The notes beneath the pieces were generated by a model. It made no database searches. It was not told where the DNA came from and saw only the letters and a list, made by a program, of their open reading frames with translations. Positions 18,068 to 28,395 of a stretch of 64,000 bases of DNA are shown piece by piece. Made by a program: the position numbers and the translations under genes. How positions within the stretch are numbered: the stretch's first letter is position 1; the number at the start of each line of letters is the position of its first letter. Source of the DNA: Sedimentisphaerales bacterium (lineage in GTDB: Bacteria; Planctomycetota; Phycisphaerae; Sedimentisphaerales; SM23-30); assembly GCA_963666285.1 (NCBI GenBank), contig OY762711.1, one strand, 5' to 3'.

Positions 18068-18556
18068 TTCAAACTCCTGTTCCTGTCGGCCATGTAAATA
18101 CTTAAAATAAAACAACTTAAGCAACACAGAAACCAAAACCGGCAATACCGGAAAGCATAATCAGCTCTTGAAACTGGTTGCGAATTGAATAATTTAACAG
18201 AAAAAGTTATATAAATCAAGCAAAAACAGCATATAACACAAGTTATATTTTGAAAGAACATTTAATATTCCCAACCATTACCCTCAGCTCTGTCATTTTG
18301 GATTTGCCGGTATATTCATATTGCACCATATATAACTGATACACGAGGCTCTGCATCTCCCCCATATATCCAGGATTATTTGACAATATCTCCTTCGATA
18401 AATTACTGGAATTTATATGTTAAAGGTAATATAATCCATACTAAATGCAAAGAAACTGAGAATGCATTTTATGATTTAATGTACCTTTTTAAGCTTAAAT
18501 GTAATACGTTCCATAATACCCTGGAACAAAATTTTGCACTATCCGGAGATTATTAA

Positions 18557-19021
18557 ATGACAAGTGCTGAAGACAGCAAAAATACTACAGTCGAAATTCT
18601 GATCGTTGACGACAACGCACAGAATGCTGAACTTCTTGAAGCATATTTGATCCCATTAGAAGCGAATGTCCGTATTGCTTACGACGGCATTGATGCCCTG
18701 GAAAAAATAGCCGAGGTAAAACCCGACCTTGTCCTGCTGGATGTCATGATGCCAAGGATGAGCGGCTTTGAAGTATGTACAAGGCTGAAAAATGATCCAT
18801 CCAATAAAGACATTATGATCGCTATGGTAACAGCCCTCCACGAAACCGGTGATATAGAGCGCGGCGTTGAGTGCGGTGCGGATGAATTCATACACAAACC
18901 GATCAACAAAACAGAGCTGCTTACAAGAGTAAAGGCCTTACTAAAAGTTAGAAGTTTGAGCAGCGACCTGGAACGTACCCTGGCTTACATGGAAGACCTG
19001 GAACAAAACAGAAGAAATTAA
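18557..19021 (+). CDS. Single-domain response regulator with short C-terminal coil
   Basis: 'LIVDD', 'LLDVMMP', 'VTA', 'KP' receiver motifs. Confidence 0.9.
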   Translation: MTSAEDSKNTTVEILIVDDNAQNAELLEAYLIPLEANVRIAYDGIDALEKIAEVKPDLVLLDVMMPRMSGFEVCTRLKNDPSNKDIMIAMVTALHETGDIERGVECGADEFIHKPINKTELLTRVKALLKVRSLSSDLERTLAYMEDLEQNRRN

Positions 19022-19063
19022 AATTAACCTCCTTTTCAGTTTGTATTCAAACAGGAGATAAAT

Positions 19064-21727
19064 ATGAAGAAGACAGTCACATTCACTTTAGCACTGGCTT
19101 TTATAGTTGCCTTTTTAGGTTTTGATAGCAGCACAACTGCACAAGAAAACAATAAAAGCTGGACTGCAAAAGATTTTCGAATAATAGATGAACCAGGTGA
19201 AATTGTTGCCAAGCTTGGTAACGGGCTTACTGTTATTGTTAAAGAAAATCACTCTGCTCCTGTTGCTGCTGTAAGGGTACATGTAAAAGCAGGCAGTATC
19301 TATGAAGGTGAACACCTGGGTGCCGGTCTCAGCCATCTTTTTGAACACCTGCTGGCCGGCGGCACGACAAAAGACCTGACAGAAGCCCAGAGCAAAGAGA
19401 TAATAGAACAAACCGGCGCCAGGTTTAATGCATCTACAAGCAAAGGGGTAACTCAGTATTTTCTGACTGTCCCGTCCCGACACGTTGGGGTTGCTCTCAG
19501 CACACTTGCCAGCTGGGTAACCCGCCCCACCTTCCCGGAAAATGAATTCAGCAGAGAATGGGGAGTAGTGCAGAGAGAACTGGAAATGGATTCAACTGAT
19601 GTTGATAGAGAGCAATGGAAACTCCTGGATGAATTACGTTATATTGTCCACCCTGCCAAATACCCGGTAATCGGTCATCAGCAAATATTACAGGCCCTTA
19701 CCCGGCAGCAGATAATGGATTATTATAACACAATGTACATTCCCGACCATTGCGTTGTAGCAATTGTAGGCGATATTGACGCAGAAAAAATGCTCGAAGA
19801 GGTAAAGAAAGAATTTTCAGATTTCAACAGGCGTTTTGTCCCGACAATTAATCTGCCAGACGAACCGGAAGTAAGCTCACCAAGAAAAATATCCAAAGTA
19901 CTTCCCTTTATGCAGGGACCGGCCAGGCTTACTGTAGCGTTTCCTTCTATTGACATACTGCACCCGGACCTTTATGCACTTGATACGCTTGCCGGTATAA
20001 TCGGTGACGGTAAAAGCAGCAGGCTATACCAGAAGCTCAAAGAGGAGAAACAACTTGTAATAGGTATAGGCTCTTATAATTATACCCCTGACTATGCTGA
20101 CGGCACTTTTGCAATTCAATGTGCTCTGGACCAGAACAACATCGACCCTGCAATTGCTGAAATCTGGAATGTCATCAATAGTATAAAAAGTAACGGAATC
20201 AGTGAAGAAGAGCTAAACAGGACAAAGAAACAGCTCCAGGTATCGCATATTCGAAGCCACCAGACAGCCGAACAGATTGCATCGACAATGGCAAATGACT
20301 ATCTCTCAACCGGTGATGCAAAATTTTCTGATCATTATGTTGAAAATATGCAGAAAGTCACCGCTGCTCAAGTTCAGGAGATGGCCAATAAATATTTCAA
20401 CTCACAAAAACAGCTCACCCTGATCCTAACCGGTACACCGCTCAAGAAAAATAATGAAAACAAAGCCCAGGCCGGTAAACAATCTGCAATCAAGAAAATT
20501 GTGCTGGACAATGGCCTGAGAGTACTGCTTAAACGTGACCCTACCACCCCGCTGGTAAACATGAGGTTTATGACTAAAGGCGGTCTTCTGGAAGAGACAG
20601 ATGCCAACAACGGGATTACCGATATGGCTGTTTCGCTGGCAGTTAAAGGTACAGAATCTTTTGCGAATAATGATATCGTCAATTATTTCGACAACGTGGG
20701 TGGCTATGTAAACGCAGAATGCGGTAATAATACCTTTGGTTTCTCAGCTGAAGTAATGAATTCAGACTTTGACAAATCATTTGACATTTTTTCAGAAATA
20801 GTGCTAAAGCCTACATTCCCTGAAGAACAGCTGGCAAAACTGAAACCGGAAAAACTTGCAGTTATTTCCGAGGTCAAAAACAGCTGGCAGCAAGAGGCGG
20901 CACGACATTTCAGATCAAGTTTCTTCACAAACAATCCATACAAACGTTCTAAATACGGAACAGAAGAAACGATAAACAGTTTAACCCAAAACATACTCTC
21001 CGAGCATTACAAAACTTCGCTACAGGCAAAACGTTCTGTTATAGCGGTCTTCGGCGATATAGATATGAAAAAGGTGGAAGATCTTATCCGGGCGAAATTT
21101 GCCGGGCTCCCGGCCGGTTCAGAAATAGACCTGGAGAAATTTGCTGCCGACACCTACGATCAAAGACGTGTAATTGTGCAAAAGACCGAGAAAAACGGTT
21201 CTACCGTAGTTATAGGCGTTCCAGGCATGAGACTAATCGATACAACCGAAGTTTACCCGATGGAAATTCTTAACCAGATCATGGGCAGCTATACCGGCTG
21301 GCTGTTTAACATACTGAGAGGCAAGTCGCTGGTATATTATGCCTACTCTAATGACTTCAGGGGATATATGCCGGGCTATGTTATGGCTACCGCTCAGTGC
21401 GAAGCAGAAAAAGCTCCTGAAGTTATCAGTATAATCGAACAGCAGCTAAATAAAGCAGCTAAAGGTGAAATTACTGATGAAGAGATATCAGATGCTAAAA
21501 GCAACCTGGTAAATTCCGAAGTTTTCAAAAAGCTGACTGTTTCTGCCGCTACTATGAACGCAGCAATTGACGAGCTGTATTTCAATGACTGTAACTATTC
21601 CAGCGGCAACCCGGACAGATATATGGCTGTTACACCGGACCAGGTAAGAAATGTTGCAAAGAAATATTTCAGTCAGCCAAGAACAATTACAGTTAATACT
21701 TCAAAGCCTGAATTGATAGCCAAATAA
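19064..21727 (+). CDS. Secreted M16 (pitrilysin/PqqL-like) zinc peptidase, two fused halves
   Basis: Signal peptide; inverted zinc motif HLFEH; second 'LDNGLRVLL' half lacks the motif. Confidence 0.92.
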   Translation: MKKTVTFTLALAFIVAFLGFDSSTTAQENNKSWTAKDFRIIDEPGEIVAKLGNGLTVIVKENHSAPVAAVRVHVKAGSIYEGEHLGAGLSHLFEHLLAGGTTKDLTEAQSKEIIEQTGARFNASTSKGVTQYFLTVPSRHVGVALSTLASWVTRPTFPENEFSREWGVVQRELEMDSTDVDREQWKLLDELRYIVHPAKYPVIGHQQILQALTRQQIMDYYNTMYIPDHCVVAIVGDIDAEKMLEEVKKEFSDFNRRFVPTINLPDEPEVSSPRKISKVLPFMQGPARLTVAFPSIDILHPDLYALDTLAGIIGDGKSSRLYQKLKEEKQLVIGIGSYNYTPDYADGTFAIQCALDQNNIDPAIAEIWNVINSIKSNGISEEELNRTKKQLQVSHIRSHQTAEQIASTMANDYLSTGDAKFSDHYVENMQKVTAAQVQEMANKYFNSQKQLTLILTGTPLKKNNENKAQAGKQSAIKKIVLDNGLRVLLKRDPTTPLVNMRFMTKGGLLEETDANNGITDMAVSLAVKGTESFANNDIVNYFDNVGGYVNAECGNNTFGFSAEVMNSDFDKSFDIFSEIVLKPTFPEEQLAKLKPEKLAVISEVKNSWQQEAARHFRSSFFTNNPYKRSKYGTEETINSLTQNILSEHYKTSLQAKRSVIAVFGDIDMKKVEDLIRAKFAGLPAGSEIDLEKFAADTYDQRRVIVQKTEKNGSTVVIGVPGMRLIDTTEVYPMEILNQIMGSYTGWLFNILRGKSLVYYAYSNDFRGYMPGYVMATAQCEAEKAPEVISIIEQQLNKAAKGEITDEEISDAKSNLVNSEVFKKLTVSAATMNAAIDELYFNDCNYSSGNPDRYMAVTPDQVRNVAKKYFSQPRTITVNTSKPELIAK

Positions 21728-21783
21728 AGAGTGCGTGCTTTTAGAGTATAGATAATGAAAGCTGATAGAATTGCAGGCCCGGC

Positions 21784-23496
21784 TTAGCCCAGCAACAGAA
21801 TACTATCAACACTAATAGATGAATTGATTACCGGATCCTGGTTGTTTCTGCCTGTACCGGTTTCAAAATTGATATTCAGGTCAGCATAATTATATGCTTC
21901 CAGGAGACTGACAAAGCCGTTGTCATTACTGTCAGCATTTCCTGATAAGATACCATATTCTATCCAGTTGGCAAATATACCCCCACCGCGATATTCTACC
22001 GATGGATAATACGCTCTTACCTCATCCCAGGCATACTGGTCGTGTCCGGCAGACCCAATGTATAAGGTATTTGAAACGTTATCTGCTAACTCTGCCAGGC
22101 CGCCGGCAAAACAGCTGTCAATCATCACAACTTTATTGGCATCTGTATCAATCTGATTCAACCAGTTTTCCAGATCATCCTGATAGACAACATAATTGTC
22201 CGGCAGCAACAGACCTTCATTGTCATTTACATATGTACTGCGACCGGCATAGCCATGGCCGGAATAATAAACGAAAACATAGTCATTTGGGCCCGCATTT
22301 TCAGCCAGCCATTCAAAACCACGATCCATTGCATCGTAGTCTACGGTTTCTTCACTGGTTATCTGGTAAACATTTTCCTGTGGTACAGAATAATAATCAG
22401 TAAATACTTCACTTATCAGCTGGGCATCAACTATCGGCCCGTCAAGATCATTGATTGAGCCGTTATAATCAGAAATAGTAATCGATAGCAGCCATCCGGT
22501 TGCATCTGAATCTTCGTCAAATACTCCCTGGATATTACTTCCACTTGAATCATCCGAAGAAACTCCTGAATCTGACTCAGAACCGGTATCACCTGTATCG
22601 ACAGTACTTTCATCTTCGGACACTACATCAAGATTGTCTATTGTCAGAACATATGTGCCAAGGCTTCTTTTCCAGCCGTTGGTTTTTATGTAAATTACAT
22701 CGCCCTGTTCGGCAGATATTTCTACTGAAGAATCGGAATTGCTGCTGTCAATATCATCATTTTTGGCAATCTGTTTTCGATTTACATCGTAGACAGAAAC
22801 TATACTGTCAAGTGGAGAACCTTCTGCTGATACAGTTATAGAGTAACTTGCAGTTTCCGGGACAGTAAAAGTAAAGTAATCTTTGTCTTTGGCTGGGTAA
22901 ATACCCGCTTCAATACTTACATTTCCATACTCATCAGATAATTCATCAATATTATATGCTGTCTTTATTTTATTGGAATAATCAGAATCTTCCCATAGGG
23001 GTTCGCCTTCTTCAGGAGATTCGATTGTAATTCTGTAACTGCCGATACTATCTTTATAGCCGTCTGCTTTAACATAATAGTTCAGACCGCTTTCTACATA
23101 AAATTCTACCTGAGAATTTGTATCACGATAATAAACATCATCATTTGATGCAATTTTTTTACCGGTAGAATCATACGCGAATAGCATAGAATCAAGAGAA
23201 CTGCCTCGACCGCTATCAGCTGCTTCCATCGAAATAGATAGCAGACCGGAACGATCAGCTGTAAAGACATAGCAGTCTTTATCGTTGCGATAATCTATCT
23301 CACTTTCAATTACAGTGAGCCCAGAGTCATCCAACTCAAAAGCCGTACTCCTCTTAACAGCAGAAGAAGGATCTTCATCAAATACAAGTGTAGAAAGTAA
23401 TACACGACTTTCAAGCGTTTCAAACGAAAGGCGACCACTTGATATTTCACTTGATGAAATACCTTTAAGTTTTCTCTTTTTACCTCCAAATATCAT
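21784..23496 (-). CDS. Caspase-like (C14) peptidase with planctomycete LEPRxLL-type N-terminus and two PPC domains
   Basis: 'FETLESRVLLS'; two 'DKD.Y/F.FT...LDS......D.....IA.NDD' repeats; catalytic 'YSGHG' and 'IDSCFAG'. Confidence 0.85.
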   Translation of the reverse strand: MIFGGKKRKLKGISSSEISSGRLSFETLESRVLLSTLVFDEDPSSAVKRSTAFELDDSGLTVIESEIDYRNDKDCYVFTADRSGLLSISMEAADSGRGSSLDSMLFAYDSTGKKIASNDDVYYRDTNSQVEFYVESGLNYYVKADGYKDSIGSYRITIESPEEGEPLWEDSDYSNKIKTAYNIDELSDEYGNVSIEAGIYPAKDKDYFTFTVPETASYSITVSAEGSPLDSIVSVYDVNRKQIAKNDDIDSSNSDSSVEISAEQGDVIYIKTNGWKRSLGTYVLTIDNLDVVSEDESTVDTGDTGSESDSGVSSDDSSGSNIQGVFDEDSDATGWLLSITISDYNGSINDLDGPIVDAQLISEVFTDYYSVPQENVYQITSEETVDYDAMDRGFEWLAENAGPNDYVFVYYSGHGYAGRSTYVNDNEGLLLPDNYVVYQDDLENWLNQIDTDANKVVMIDSCFAGGLAELADNVSNTLYIGSAGHDQYAWDEVRAYYPSVEYRGGGIFANWIEYGILSGNADSNDNGFVSLLEAYNYADLNINFETGTGRNNQDPVINSSISVDSILLLG

Positions 23497-23982
23497 ACAA
23501 CTGCCCTTGAATATTAGCAGAAAAGTTTTCTCTTATTGCTGTATTGTCCAGAAAGAATTGGACACAACGATTTACTACTAATAACCTTAGATGATTATTA
23601 ACTTTTGTATTATAGCCTATTAATCTCATAATAAATAACAAAAATTATATTTTTTCCAGTCTTTCGCTTTGGGCCCACCAGAGTTGTGGTACTTAGTAAC
23701 GATTAAACAACTTTTAACGATAATGCCACCGCATTACAATTGTTCTTTCGACTGTTACCCGCCCCCATTTAAGAAGATATGAAAAAAAGATAATAAAAAA
23801 TTCAAAATATTATAACGAAATGAAATAGTTGCCCACTGTCAATACTGATAAATGCGTTTAACTGGCAATAATAAAGCGAAATTAAAGATAATATAAATCT
23901 ATTTATTAAAGACATTTAAGTTATATGGACCTATATTTGCAATTAACCGGAAAATTGAACGCTGATTATCCCAGGTTAGAAA

Positions 23983-24086
23983 ATATACACAGTTATGATT
24001 TTGCCCGATCGCTCGGAAGGCAAATAATGACAATGTAATCATATATACCAAACTCTAACGGCAGTTTTAACCGTTATGGTTTTATA
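23983..24086 (-). repeat. ~100-bp structured repeat, copy 2
   Basis: Aligns with 15038-15140 in the same orientation. Confidence 0.85.
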
Positions 24087-24135
24087 ACGAAATTCCCCTA
24101 AAAATCTGCCACTGGTAGCACCATTTATCAATGGC

Positions 24136-24175
24136 AAAAAAATACTAAAAGCGACTGTTTTGACGCTTTTAGTAT
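24136..24175 (-). terminator. Intrinsic terminator of the sulfatase cluster
   Basis: atactaaaagcg/cgcttttagtat 12-bp stem followed by a U-run on the minus strand. Confidence 0.85.
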
Positions 24176-24232
24176 CGATTCGCTATCCACACCCCACTAT
24201 AGTGCGCAAATTCATGTCTGCTTGTTGGCTAA

Positions 24233-25777
24233 TTATCCTCTGGCTCCACGCAATATCACCCTGTTACCATCGGTCCAGTTATCTCGGTACCATGTAGAAA
24301 GCTTATTCTCATCCGATATAGAAGCCATTTTGGCCGCCATCTTATCCCGCATTGACTGCAAAGTTACGGCATAAGCGGAATCATCGGCCAGATTATTCAT
24401 CTGGAACGGGTCGTTTATATTATCGAACAGCAGCTCGGAATCATCAACATGATATCTTGCATAGGTAAACTGTTTGCCCCTGATTGCCCGCCACTCATAG
24501 CCGTTTTCCCAGCTGGCACAAGCTCCTGTATTCTGCAGAAATGCAAATTCCGGCTCAGTTCCATCTTTTCCTAAAGCTATGTGACTCAAATCATCACCCT
24601 CAACCCTGGGCGGCTTTGGCAAACCCATCATCCCCAGCAGCGTAGGCATAAAATCAACAGTGGAAATACAAGCATCAGATTCTATTCCATCAGACGGAGT
24701 ATGCCCCGGCCATCTAACCAGAAACGGTATACGGGCAGCTTCTTCATAGAAAGTATTCTTGGCACCTCGTCCCTGCGAACCAAACATCTCGCCATGGTCT
24801 GATGAAAAGACAACAATTGTATTATCCGCCAAACCGCTTTCTTCCAGGTAATCGATAATACGACCGAAATTCCAATCCATATTCTCAGTCATTGCATAGT
24901 AAATACGGCGTACCTGCTCCAGATTGGCTCTGGAAGCGGCACTCATGTCAGACCAGGCATCAGAGTACGGCTCATCATTATCCGCCTTATAATTGGGCGG
25001 ATTCGGTAGACTGATATCAGCAAATCTGTCCAGGTATTCTTCCGGAACATTTCCTGTATTCCATGGCGCATGAGGTGTACCGTATGATAGAAACATGGCA
25101 AATGGTCTTGATGACTTGCCACCCCTGCACTTTAACCATTTCAGAGCCATATCTGTCTGGGCGTCCGGCTCATAGGCATTATTATCATAATGGATCTTCT
25201 CTGTTGATTCGGTGTGGTAAAAAGCATTTTCACCGTAATACTCATGGCGGTAATTATATGCGGCCCAATAACCATTAAAACCTAAACGATGAATTCCCCT
25301 CGGAATATATGAATTTTTCGGGTCAAAATGATTACCCAGTTCATTGGCATATAAATGCCACTTGCCAATATATGCGGTATTATACTCTGCTCTGGTTAAT
25401 ACATGACCGATACACTCATGGTACGGGTTCATTCTAAGTTCGTTTATAACCACACCGAGAGTTGTAATATATTTGCCGGTAAACAGACTGGCACGATACG
25501 CCGAACAAACCGGTGTGTTCGATACACAATTCTTGAAGTTTACACTTTGAGCCGCAAACTTATCGACATTCGGAGTTGCTGCATGTTCGGCATTAGGGTA
25601 ATTCTGACCATTCCAGTATTTTGCATAACCGCAATTGTTAGTTCCAAGCTGATCGGCAAAGATATATATCAGGTTTGGTTTACTTTCAGGTTCGGCTCCG
25701 GATACTGACGACAAGCCGCCAAGGGTCAACGCTGCTGAAGCCAGACCGGCACTTTTCATAAATGTTCGACGATTCAT
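24233..25777 (-). CDS. Tat-exported formylglycine-dependent (S1) sulfatase
   Basis: 'MNRRTFMK' Tat motif; 'IFADQ'; 'CSAYRASLFTG' (CxAxR); 'GKWH'; 'SSDHG'. Confidence 0.93.
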   Translation of the reverse strand: MNRRTFMKSAGLASAALTLGGLSSVSGAEPESKPNLIYIFADQLGTNNCGYAKYWNGQNYPNAEHAATPNVDKFAAQSVNFKNCVSNTPVCSAYRASLFTGKYITTLGVVINELRMNPYHECIGHVLTRAEYNTAYIGKWHLYANELGNHFDPKNSYIPRGIHRLGFNGYWAAYNYRHEYYGENAFYHTESTEKIHYDNNAYEPDAQTDMALKWLKCRGGKSSRPFAMFLSYGTPHAPWNTGNVPEEYLDRFADISLPNPPNYKADNDEPYSDAWSDMSAASRANLEQVRRIYYAMTENMDWNFGRIIDYLEESGLADNTIVVFSSDHGEMFGSQGRGAKNTFYEEAARIPFLVRWPGHTPSDGIESDACISTVDFMPTLLGMMGLPKPPRVEGDDLSHIALGKDGTEPEFAFLQNTGACASWENGYEWRAIRGKQFTYARYHVDDSELLFDNINDPFQMNNLADDSAYAVTLQSMRDKMAAKMASISDENKLSTWYRDNWTDGNRVILRGARG

Positions 25778-25830
25778 TATATAATATCTCCAGTAATTAA
25801 CAGGGATAGATTTAGCGGTTTATCAGGATA

Positions 25831-27120
25831 TTAAAACTGACAATCAGGATCGGGGTTACTGCATTCAATCCATTCGAGGGCAAAGAAAGCAAAATCTCTC
25901 ATGTCCACAACACAATCCAGATTTACGTCTGCATAGCTGAAACCGTGACTGCCGCAATCATTATCTTCGATATATACTTCTATATCGTTAAGTGATATAC
26001 CGTAATATGGTGATGTATCGGATGCTGCAACGGCAAAGCTTAGCCTGGTATCGTGTGTCGGCCTTTCAAAAAATACATCATCAATCGCACTTACTGTTAT
26101 CTCAACAGCATTCTGCCAGTTTGAAGAGTTAAATGTAACTACTGCGGGAGTAATTTCAACCTGATCCGGTGACAGATAGTCTGAAATAGTAATTTCAACA
26201 GGAGCATTACCCGGGTCTGAAGTGATACTAATATTAAAAGATGCTGGATGACCATCTTCGGTAACATTCATATCACCGGAAGTCTCAACGGCAATAGCAG
26301 CCGAAGTAAATGCCAATGCATATTTCTGGCTCAAATATGTACCTGTCTGGTTCATCTCCGCCATAGACAGCTGTTTATTATAAACCAGGATTTCCGCAAT
26401 ATAACCATCATAATAATCAGGATACCAGGTACTGCCCGGTGCCATACCGTTTCCTATTGAAATATGATTTCCCGCGGCATCAAACACTATTGTATTGCCG
26501 GGATTATTGGCAGATACGCTCTCAGCCTCCAGGCCGTTTACCGCGTAAAACAGGCTGCCGTGTCCGCCATTCTGTGCCATCTGCCTGACACCGATATGAT
26601 ACTGCCCCGCTGTCAGTGGATTATTACTACCCGTAGCTAAAGCATAACCGTTATTATACCGGCAGCCTGAGCCGGAAGAACTGGTGGAAGTATCGACAGC
26701 TATCATTTTTGATGCCGTACCGGCAGCTGAACCAATCTGAACAGCCCGCTCAACCCCGGCCCCATCACCTCCGCCTGTACAAACAATAAATACCGTTAAT
26801 CCGGCAGAAGGATCCGGCAGATTCCATGTACCGGAAACCAGAGAATCTTCTTCCGAACGGATAAATCTAACTGCCGGAAGATTATTTATACTACTTGAAA
26901 CATAAACCGGGCTGCCATACCCGGCAGTGGCAACTGAACCATCAACAGAATCAGATACAGCTGAATCAGTCCAGGCTGCCACTGTCTGACCGTCAGTCAA
27001 ACCTGACAGGGAATCGGCTTCCAGATGAATTATTAATCCATCTGATACCGGATCTGCTGCAAAAGCAAAACTCGATAAAATCAATAAAAACATACTGAAA
27101 TATTTCATTTCCATTTCCAT
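25831..27120 (-). CDS. Secreted LamG/ConA-like jelly-roll + Calx-beta-like + dockerin-like protein
   Basis: 'GLIIHLEAD', 'YDGYIAEILVYNKQLS', 'VTFNSSNW...V.AIDD', C-terminal 'ADVNLDCVVDMRDF..W..C'. Confidence 0.8.
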   Translation of the reverse strand: MEMEMKYFSMFLLILSSFAFAADPVSDGLIIHLEADSLSGLTDGQTVAAWTDSAVSDSVDGSVATAGYGSPVYVSSSINNLPAVRFIRSEEDSLVSGTWNLPDPSAGLTVFIVCTGGGDGAGVERAVQIGSAAGTASKMIAVDTSTSSSGSGCRYNNGYALATGSNNPLTAGQYHIGVRQMAQNGGHGSLFYAVNGLEAESVSANNPGNTIVFDAAGNHISIGNGMAPGSTWYPDYYDGYIAEILVYNKQLSMAEMNQTGTYLSQKYALAFTSAAIAVETSGDMNVTEDGHPASFNISITSDPGNAPVEITISDYLSPDQVEITPAVVTFNSSNWQNAVEITVSAIDDVFFERPTHDTRLSFAVAASDTSPYYGISLNDIEVYIEDNDCGSHGFSYADVNLDCVVDMRDFAFFALEWIECSNPDPDCQF

Positions 27121-27136
27121 TCTACTTCTTTGTATT

Positions 27137-28354
27137 TTATAACTCATCCATCCATTCCAGTGCAAACAGGTATAAATCCTGGATATCTACCTGGCAATCA
27201 TTATTAAAATCGCCTTCGGTATAACCGGCCCATGTGCCGCAATCATTTTCGAGAATCTCTATTGTCACAGGTTCAATTTCAAAACCATAATATTGAGACT
27301 CTATATCAGTTATTACTTCAATATTATAAATAGTCTCATGATAACGAGCCTCTCTCAAGCTGTCATCCACAGCTGAAACATTTACGTTCCAGGTTGACTC
27401 CCAGTTACTTGTATCAAAAGTATATTCAACCTGGGCAGGTGTCAGCTGTGTTGAATCATCGGCAGTAAACCTAACCGTTACAGGATAGCTTCCCGGATTA
27501 TCGGATAAAGTAATCGATACGCTATCGGTATAACCGCCCTCCTGTACATCAACTTCTGTCTTGGAAACAACAATACTGTATGGCTCAACATTTTCGGGAG
27601 CGGGTATGGCAAAAATCTGCCCCCTGACCGCTTCTCCTGAAACTCCGGTAAAACCTGTTACCAGGTAGGCATCCAGTAAAGGATTACTGACACTAATAGA
27701 ATTTGTCATACCGCCCAGCCAGCCCGGATCTGTAGGAACCGGTGCAAGAAAGGTAACAGATTCGTTACCGGATAAATTAGCTGTCCCGCTGGTACCCGTT
27801 ATACCAACAGAACCATATTCACCATTCAATGCATAAGTCAGTACACCATTAATTGCATCAAGAGAGGCAAAAACCTCGGTAGCTGTGCCTTCCTGAACGA
27901 CTCCTAATGTAACGGCTGCCGCATTATCACTTACATCTGTATCATTAAGATCGGTTTGAACATAACTGTTTCCACTTACGCCGCTGGAACCTTTGGTAGC
28001 GAATACGATATTGCTGCTGCAGATATAAAGACCACTGCCGTAAGATGTCCCGCCGCATTCCAGTATAACCACTGCCCCTGAATCTGACGCTGACAGATCC
28101 TGCGAAGATGCTGTAAACCTGGCAGCAAAGGTAATATATCCCCCGGTTTCCCCTTCTATCGCCGGTATGGAGTCTGAACCATTATATAAAGCTGACTGGT
28201 CAAAAACTGCCGCCGAATCATCAATACCGGGAATGATATCTCCGGCATTGACCACCGCAGTTAAAAACAGCAGAGGCAGCAAGGCAAGAAACCTATACTT
28301 TTCTCTTTTACATACATTGCCAATTCTCACAAAAATAGGATTGAGACGGATCAA
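27137..28354 (-). CDS. Secreted protein: shared unnamed N-terminal beta domain + Calx-beta-like + dockerin-like
   Basis: 'YITFAARF..VILECGGTSYGSGLYI' domain; 'YTFDTSNW..V.AVDD'; 'GDFNNDCQVDIQDL..W'; start codon uncertain. Confidence 0.75.
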   Translation of the reverse strand: MIRLNPIFVRIGNVCKREKYRFLALLPLLFLTAVVNAGDIIPGIDDSAAVFDQSALYNGSDSIPAIEGETGGYITFAARFTASSQDLSASDSGAVVILECGGTSYGSGLYICSSNIVFATKGSSGVSGNSYVQTDLNDTDVSDNAAAVTLGVVQEGTATEVFASLDAINGVLTYALNGEYGSVGITGTSGTANLSGNESVTFLAPVPTDPGWLGGMTNSISVSNPLLDAYLVTGFTGVSGEAVRGQIFAIPAPENVEPYSIVVSKTEVDVQEGGYTDSVSITLSDNPGSYPVTVRFTADDSTQLTPAQVEYTFDTSNWESTWNVNVSAVDDSLREARYHETIYNIEVITDIESQYYGFEIEPVTIEILENDCGTWAGYTEGDFNNDCQVDIQDLYLFALEWMDEL

Positions 28355-28395
28355 TCCGCCTCAATCCAACTACATATAAGTAATTATAATTTTAG

